Source: a virus. From it: a DNA stretch of 20,119 nucleotides. A program made the translations under genes and the position numbers. The notes beneath the pieces were generated by a model. That model had not been told where the DNA came from. It did not search any database and saw nothing but the letters and a program-made list of their open reading frames with translations. Location: the UHGV virus genome UHGV-0174327. The stretch is one strand, 5' to 3'. Below, in pieces: positions 15,406-20,119 of the stretch. Position 1 is the stretch's first letter, and every line of letters begins with the position of its first letter.

Positions 15406-15747
15406 TTAATTCGGCATGGTTAGCCGTCTGGGAAATAAGCTCACCACTGCACGAAAATGATTCATTGCTTTAATCAACTCCCGCTTTTCGTCAGTGGTCA
15501 GCTCATTAATGCTGATGCTATGACGTTCAGCTGGAATTTTTGCCATAAAGAATATGGCAGCCAGTGCTCGTTTATTTTGTTCGTTATTGATATCCCGTGG
15601 ATCACGCATATCTTTAATAAACCGCTCAAGCTCTGACTCAATATTCAGGCCAAATACTTTCGCCCTTAACTCCGCAATGTGATTAAGTCCATTCAGGCGT
15701 TCACCGGGGCTTAATGGAACAGTCGCCGCAGCGCCATTAATTGCCAT
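15406..15747 (-). CDS. hypothetical early-operon protein
   Basis: 113-aa ORF in operon context between cII/fil and A. Confidence 0.5.
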   Translation of the reverse strand: MAINGAAATVPLSPGERLNGLNHIAELRAKVFGLNIESELERFIKDMRDPRDINNEQNKRALAAIFFMAKIPAERHSISINELTTDEKRELIKAMNHFRAVVSLFPRRLTMPN

Positions 15748-15769
15748 AATTCATATCCCCAAAACGCAA

Positions 15770-15994
15770 CTATCGTTCTTTGTTCTTACGGTAACGTTCA
15801 AGAGGAGATACATTTTTTCGTATCGTTTCTTTAACCTGCTCTCCCCGTAAAAACGTCCCATCCCTTAGCGTGAAAAAGTAACTGCCATCGCCCGACAACG
15901 ACGGATAACAACAGAGCAAATCATCTTCAGGTACTGAATAACTCTCCCCTCTGTAACGAAACTGATAAACCACTTCACTTTCCGCTGCATACAT
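15770..15994 (-). CDS. hypothetical acidic 74-aa protein (overlaps the 3' part of the Fil-like frame)
   Basis: ATG at 15994 preceded by GGAGAAAG; protein-like composition. Confidence 0.45.
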   Translation of the reverse strand: MYAAESEVVYQFRYRGESYSVPEDDLLCCYPSLSGDGSYFFTLRDGTFLRGEQVKETIRKNVSPLERYRKNKER

Positions 15995-16161
15995 TTTGAC
16001 TTTCTCCGTTTCCTCGTGGTCAATTCAGACAGCAATTCATCTTGTGAATGACATGGATGCCAGCGTTTACCATCCTCACCCATGATCCAGCCGTGACCGT
16101 AGTGCATTGCCGGGCTTTGTTTTACCAGCAGCGATGCAAATGATGGTTCTTTCGTCAGCAT
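15865..16161 (-). CDS. fil: Fil-like protein (186 fil position, immediately after cII); C-terminal extent uncertain
   Basis: MLTKEPSFASLLVKQSPAMHYGHGWIMGEDGKRWHPC... N-terminal part looks genuine; ATG at 16161 with SD GAGGTG, 7 nt after cII stop; C-terminal half is Arg/Cys-rich and overlaps the next ORF. Confidence 0.4.
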   Translation of the reverse strand: MLTKEPSFASLLVKQSPAMHYGHGWIMGEDGKRWHPCHSQDELLSELTTRKRRKSKCMQRKVKWFISFVTEGRVIQYLKMICSVVIRRCRAMAVTFSR

Positions 16162-16168
16162 AAGCACC

Positions 16169-16678
16169 TCACAGCAAACCGAATGAAGCACCGAGGCCAG
16201 TCACGGTATCAACTGCACTCGCCATCGCAGGATTAGCCTGTAAACGGGCCTGCAATGAAACAGCAGCCAACGCCATCAGTCGTGTAACAGAGTTAATGCT
16301 GCTGATCGCATCACGACGGCCTGCACTGGTTTTTACATCGCCAGATACCGCACCTGCAGCAACACGCCCGATCTCTGCGGTTGCACTCATGACGTAATGT
16401 GGCAGTTTCTCTTTTGCCACCTCATTAATCGGTACACATGGCAGACAATGAATCTGTGCCAGAAAACCATCTACCAGCGTTGAATCTTCAGTCAGATCGG
16501 TAAGCAGCCAGATTTCTGGTGCGGTTAATAAATGAGGTTGAGCTGGGTTCAGCTTGTTCCGCAGAATCTGCACATTCATGCCAGCACGTTCTGCCAGTTG
16601 CACCAGGTTGTGGCGCAATGCGAATGCACGACAGGCTTCATCAAAATGTGGATGTTTGGAAACTTGGTAATCAAACAT
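16169..16678 (-). CDS. cII: CII-like transcriptional activator for lysogeny establishment (phage 186 CII family)
   Basis: 169 aa from ATG 16678 ([45 protein letters not shown]...) matches my recollection of 186 CII in sequence and length; ORF-track start is an upstream TTG. Confidence 0.7.
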   Translation of the reverse strand: MFDYQVSKHPHFDEACRAFALRHNLVQLAERAGMNVQILRNKLNPAQPHLLTAPEIWLLTDLTEDSTLVDGFLAQIHCLPCVPINEVAKEKLPHYVMSATAEIGRVAAGAVSGDVKTSAGRRDAISSINSVTRLMALAAVSLQARLQANPAMASAVDTVTGLGASFGLL

Positions 16679-16710
16679 GGTCAATGCCTCTGATGTATCT
16701 CAGAATCGAA

Positions 16711-16932
16711 CTAATTAAGGTTTAGATTGCATTCTGAAAGCGCATCAACGGTCATTGCTGCTATGTTGATCATCACTTTTTCGCGTTTTTTATCTTTGCG
16801 CAGACGGTGACGGATAAGGCGTCCATCAGCCAACATGTCATTGATGGTATCGATGGATAGCCCTGTCAGCTCGCTATAGCGTTCAATAGTCACATGAGGC
16901 GTGGTAAGAGTGATTGAAATGTTAGGTCTCAT
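16711..16932 (-). CDS. apl: Apl/Cox-like excisionase and lytic-switch regulator (AlpA-type HTH)
   Basis: 73 aa with HTH-like [23 protein letters not shown]; first gene of the lytic operon, divergent from cI. Confidence 0.55.
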   Translation of the reverse strand: MRPNISITLTTPHVTIERYSELTGLSIDTINDMLADGRLIRHRLRKDKKREKVMINIAAMTVDALSECNLNLN

Positions 16933-17057
16933 GATGCAACATTCCTCGTTTAATGATGATTAATCAGGACGAATACGGATCGTTTGTATTTTGTGAACAC
17001 CATAAACATACGATCGCACAGTGAAATCGTCAAGATAAAAGTTCACTTGGAGTGACC
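16933..17057. promoter_or_regulatory. immunity switch region between apl (-) and cI (+): promoters and operators
   Basis: 125-bp intergenic region with repeated GTGAA/TTCAC half-sites (16993..16998, 17021..17025, 17042..17046) and AT-rich -10-like hexamers; exact promoter positions not resolved. Confidence 0.4.
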
Positions 17058-17627
17058 ATGAATTTGGAGAAAGGCGGACGAGGCGCTATAGAGCGCATGG
17101 TAGAAGCTTATGGATTCAAGACTCGACAGGCGTTGTGCGATCATTTAGGAATCTCTAAAAGTACACTCGCCACACGCTACATGCGTGACTCATTCCCAGC
17201 AGAATGGGTAATCCAGTGCGCCCTTGAAACAGGCACCTCGCTTAATTGGCTCACAACCGGGCATGGTTCAAAGCAAACTTCAGGTAATACAAATACTATG
17301 GAAGTTGCTAAATATGTATTATCTGATGGGGCCTTGTGTGAAGACGGTTTTTATATTTTCGATAGAGAATTTCTACCGTCGGCATTCAAGAATCTTTTTG
17401 TAATCACAGATAATAATTCTGAATTTATTTGTGATAAGGAATTTGATGATATACGTGATGGTAAATGGGTAATAAGTATTGATGGCGAAATAACGATCCG
17501 TGACATTACTCGTTTACCCGGTGGAAGAATCTTCGTCGAGGGTGGAAACAGAGCCTTCGAATGCAAGATAGAAGATATTGAAATAATTGGTAAAATTATA
17601 AGTTTAACAGTCAAGTATGTTAAATAG
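17058..17627 (+). CDS. cI: CI immunity repressor (186-type; N-terminal HTH domain plus AT-rich C-terminal domain)
   Basis: MNLEKGGRGAIERMVEAYGFKTRQALCDHLGISKSTLATRYMRDSFPAEWVIQCALETGTSLNWLTTGHG N-terminal HTH; ATG 17058 preceded by GGAG; about 189 aa. Confidence 0.7.
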   Translation: MNLEKGGRGAIERMVEAYGFKTRQALCDHLGISKSTLATRYMRDSFPAEWVIQCALETGTSLNWLTTGHGSKQTSGNTNTMEVAKYVLSDGALCEDGFYIFDREFLPSAFKNLFVITDNNSEFICDKEFDDIRDGKWVISIDGEITIRDITRLPGGRIFVEGGNRAFECKIEDIEIIGKIISLTVKYVK

Positions 17628-17642
17628 TACCGGGAGGAAATT

Positions 17643-17834
17643 ATGCTTGGTAAGGTATTTTTTGTGGTTTTGTCATGTTCTTTGTTATTAAACCCACTAG
17701 CTACCTATGCTAGAAATTATCCCTGCTCAGGGAAAAAGGGAGGTGTTTCTCACTGTACCTCTGATGGCAAATTCGTTTGCAATGATGGAACTATTAGTAA
17801 ATCCAAAAAAATCTGTACTAAAAACTCACGATAA
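17643..17834 (+). CDS. small secreted cysteine-rich protein (signal peptide plus ~40-aa Lys/Cys-rich mature part) co-transcribed with cI
   Basis: [23 protein letters not shown] signal-peptide-like N-terminus; 4 Cys in mature region; strong SD GGGAGG 6 nt upstream; AT-rich. Confidence 0.5.
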   Translation: MLGKVFFVVLSCSLLLNPLATYARNYPCSGKKGGVSHCTSDGKFVCNDGTISKSKKICTKNSR

Positions 17835-18022
17835 CTTTTGCTTTTATATCTGCGCCTAAAATAAAAATGAGCCACAGGTTAACCGCAAAAGTTACATGCT
17901 CACATAGCAAAAAGAATAGCCTACTTCATTATGGCTTCAGTGAGATGTATGGTCGCAGGATTTCATACATTGACACTGGTTATACATACAGTAAAAATGC
18001 TCTCTATTGGAGGGCATTTTTT

Positions 18023-19054
18023 ATGGCTGTACGAAAACTCACCACAGGAAAATGGCTTTGCGAATGTTACCCCGCCGGACGTAGTGGGCGTCGTGTGCGT
18101 AAACAATTCGCCACCAAAGGCGAAGCACTGGCTTTTGAGCGTCACACGATGGAAGAAACCGAAGCAAAGCCCTGGCTGGGTGAATCAGTGGATCGTCGAA
18201 CACTGAAAGACGTGGTTGAGCTATGGTTCAAACTACATGGTAAATCACTGACTGCTGGGCAGCATGTCTATGACAAATTGCTGCTGATGGTTGACGCTCT
18301 GGGCAATCCCCTTGCAACTGATCTCACATCTAAAATGTTTGCCCACTATCGAGATAAACGCCTGACAGGTGAGATCTACTTCAGCGAGAAATGGAAGAAA
18401 GGAGCAAGCCCGGTCACCATTAACCTGGAGCAAAGCTATCTAAGTAGTGTTTTTAGCGAACTATCCCGCCTGGGCGAATGGTCGTATCCGAACCCACTGG
18501 AGAACATGCGAAAATTCACCATCGCAGAAAAAGAGATGGCATGGCTTACCCATGAGCAGATTGTTGAATTGCTGGCTGATTGCAAACGTCAGGACCCAAT
18601 TCTGGCACTGGTAGTTAAGATATGCTTAAGCACAGGCGCACGTTGGCGTGAAGCCGTAAATCTTACCCGCTCACAGGTGACCAAATACCGAATTACCTTT
18701 GTAAGAACGAAGGGGAAGAAAAACAGAAGCATCCCTATCAGTAAAGAGCTTTACGAAGAGATCATGGCGCTTGATGGGTTCAATTTCTTTACAGACTGCT
18801 ATTTTCAATTTTTATCCGTGATGGAAAAAACGTCTATCGTGCTCCCTCGCGGTCAACTGACACACGTTCTGCGCCATACGTTTGCGGCGCACTTCATGAT
18901 GTCGGGTGGAAATATCCTGGCCTTACAAAAAATTCTCGGGCATCACGATATAAAAATGACTATGCGTTACGCACATCTGGCACCGGATCACCTGGAAACT
19001 GCATTACGGTTTAATCCGCTGGCAACACTACCAACATCAATAGCAAGTTTTTGA
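18023..19054 (+). CDS. int: tyrosine integrase (P2/186 Int family)
   Basis: MAVRKLTTGKWLCECYPAGRSGRRVRKQF... start with SD GGAGGG; C-terminal HxxR...Y catalytic region (VLRHTFAAHF...MTMRYAHL); ORF-track 17867 start is an extension. Confidence 0.85.
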   Translation: MAVRKLTTGKWLCECYPAGRSGRRVRKQFATKGEALAFERHTMEETEAKPWLGESVDRRTLKDVVELWFKLHGKSLTAGQHVYDKLLLMVDALGNPLATDLTSKMFAHYRDKRLTGEIYFSEKWKKGASPVTINLEQSYLSSVFSELSRLGEWSYPNPLENMRKFTIAEKEMAWLTHEQIVELLADCKRQDPILALVVKICLSTGARWREAVNLTRSQVTKYRITFVRTKGKKNRSIPISKELYEEIMALDGFNFFTDCYFQFLSVMEKTSIVLPRGQLTHVLRHTFAAHFMMSGGNILALQKILGHHDIKMTMRYAHLAPDHLETALRFNPLATLPTSIASF

Positions 19055-19112
19055 AAATGCGTATTTTGCCCTGTTGAGCTAATATTCTTTTTTTTCACAT
19101 GGAGCACTATCA

Positions 19113-19382
19113 ATGAATAAGTTTCAGCATCAGGGAGCGGAATTGCGCAACAGAGCCAAAGAATTGGCTTTATCCGTACTTAAAACTCACCCAGATGCCC
19201 AAAAAAACGGCAACGGCGTTAAGCAAGCTGAGGTATTTCGTCTAAGCGGCCTCGATTGGGGAGAAAAACGGAAAGCAACAAGTTCGAACCAACAATATTG
19301 GGTTGTTGCACTATTGCGTGAACTAGAAGAGGAGGGGTTAGTCGAACAGATTGAAGATAGAGGCCCCTGGCGTCTAAGGTAA
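19113..19382 (+). CDS. hypothetical 89-aa protein between int and the host junction
   Basis: ORF with moderately biased composition, possible winged-helix-like C-terminus; origin (phage or host) unresolved. Confidence 0.4.
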   Translation: MNKFQHQGAELRNRAKELALSVLKTHPDAQKNGNGVKQAEVFRLSGLDWGEKRKATSSNQQYWVVALLRELEEEGLVEQIEDRGPWRLR

Positions 19383-19451
19383 AACAAGTGGCGACAAAGT
19401 GGCGGCAGCGGTTGGCATTACCCCGTAATAACCACCACTGACCACCAACCC

Positions 19452-19483
19452 AACTTATTGTTTTTACTCTAACTTATTGTTTT
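19452..19483. repeat. 13-bp direct repeat AACTTATTGTTTT (two copies, 19 bp apart) in the int-distal junction region
   Basis: Copies at 19452..19464 and 19471..19483 seen directly. Confidence 0.6.
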
Positions 19484-19487
19484 CATT

Positions 19488-19516
19488 AACCCATTTACAT
19501 AAATGGGTTTTTTGTT
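19488..19516 (+). terminator. rho-independent terminator (perfect 10-bp stem AACCCATTTA/TAAATGGGTT followed by TTTTTGTT)
   Basis: Inverted repeat and T-tract seen directly. Confidence 0.5.
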
Positions 19517-19532
19517 ATCTAAAACTTATCTA

Positions 19533-20069
19533 CTACCCTGCAACCCTCTCAACCATCCTCAAAATCTCCTCGCGCGATAGCGGCTTACGGTCGGTGACAA
19601 AATGCAGCGTCATCCCCTCAATAAACGCATCAAGCGCGCGGGCGGTTCCGGGTTCAAACCATTGTTCGAGCGTTTGCTGACTGCGCTGCATCCAGTTTTG
19701 CATTACCGTTTTTAATAGCGGTTTTCGGCTAGCCAGCGCGTAGAGCTGGTACATCAGCTCCATATTATCCGGCGTTGCAACCTGTGAGCTGTAGATCATA
19801 TCGGTGATAGCCTGGCATGCGCCTTGAGCATCACTAACATCGCTAAAAAATGCCTGATATTGCCGGGACATAATCTCAGTAAAACTGCTGAACGCCTCCA
19901 GCAACAACTCATCAATTCCTGAAAAATAGTAGGTCATCGATCCCAACGGTACCCCGGCAAGGGTAGCAATTTTGCGGTGCGTAACAGCATGTATTCCGTA
20001 AAGTTTCACCGCCTCCAGCGTGGCCTGGATAATTTTTTCTCGCCGTTGCGGATCGTTAGCGCGACGCAT
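19533..20069 (-). CDS. TetR/AcrR-family transcriptional regulator (probable host gene)
   Basis: N-terminal HTH region [41 protein letters not shown] typical of TetR family; ATG at 20069 chosen over extended ORF-track start. Confidence 0.7.
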   Translation of the reverse strand: MRRANDPQRREKIIQATLEAVKLYGIHAVTHRKIATLAGVPLGSMTYYFSGIDELLLEAFSSFTEIMSRQYQAFFSDVSDAQGACQAITDMIYSSQVATPDNMELMYQLYALASRKPLLKTVMQNWMQRSQQTLEQWFEPGTARALDAFIEGMTLHFVTDRKPLSREEILRMVERVAG

Positions 20070-20119
20070 GTCATTTCCTCTCTCTGCAATTGTGTACAAA
20101 TGTACACAACCTTGCTAAT

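Larger units (their letters stand above)
1..19450. mobile_element. P2/186-like prophage, right portion (late genes S to Q, accessory region, early/immunity region, integrase); left boundary outside window, right boundary somewhere in 19055..19530
   Basis: Syntenic block of recognisable P2-family proteins (S, R, LysABC, X, L, M, N, O, P, Q, A, Int) plus 186-type CII/Apl/CI; followed by a host-like TetR regulator gene. Confidence 0.85.

Noticed and set aside
19281-19300. AGTTCGAACC, resembling a tRNA T-loop, considered as evidence for a tRNA attachment site
   Set aside because: Lies inside the 89-aa ORF with no surrounding cloverleaf-compatible arms or CCA end; no tRNA gene could be supported anywhere in 19055..19530
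1-20119. Search for IS elements, transposases, integrons or rRNA/tRNA genes
   Set aside because: No transposase-like ORF, terminal inverted repeats or structured RNA gene signatures were seen; the only recombinase is the prophage tyrosine integrase

Overview
The window is almost entirely the right-hand part of an integrated P2/186-like (Peduovirinae-type) prophage, ending in host DNA. Reading left to right: an AT-rich foreign ORF fragment abutting tail-completion gene S; the minus-strand late operon S-R-lysC-lysB-lysA-endolysin-holin-X-L-M-N-O (1..6096); the divergent late promoter region; terminase P and portal Q on the plus strand (6239..9051); an accessory region (9052..11500) with a cos-like site; the minus-strand early operon with replication gene A, a Dam methylase and a TraR-like zinc finger up to a 186-type cII/apl - cI switch (11587..17627); a small secreted protein gene and the integrase (to 19054); then a junction region and a host TetR-family regulator gene. 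The most interesting part is the accessory region: two compact AT-rich cassettes flank the cos-like site, a zinc-ribbon plus 89-aa pair (9106..9561) and a three-gene membrane-protein operon (9797..10782) at the position where P2 carries old/tin. Neither matches any family I can recognise, so both are candidate undescribed defense or exclusion systems. All homology calls are from reading the translations by eye against remembered family sequences; no searches were run and GC content was judged visually.
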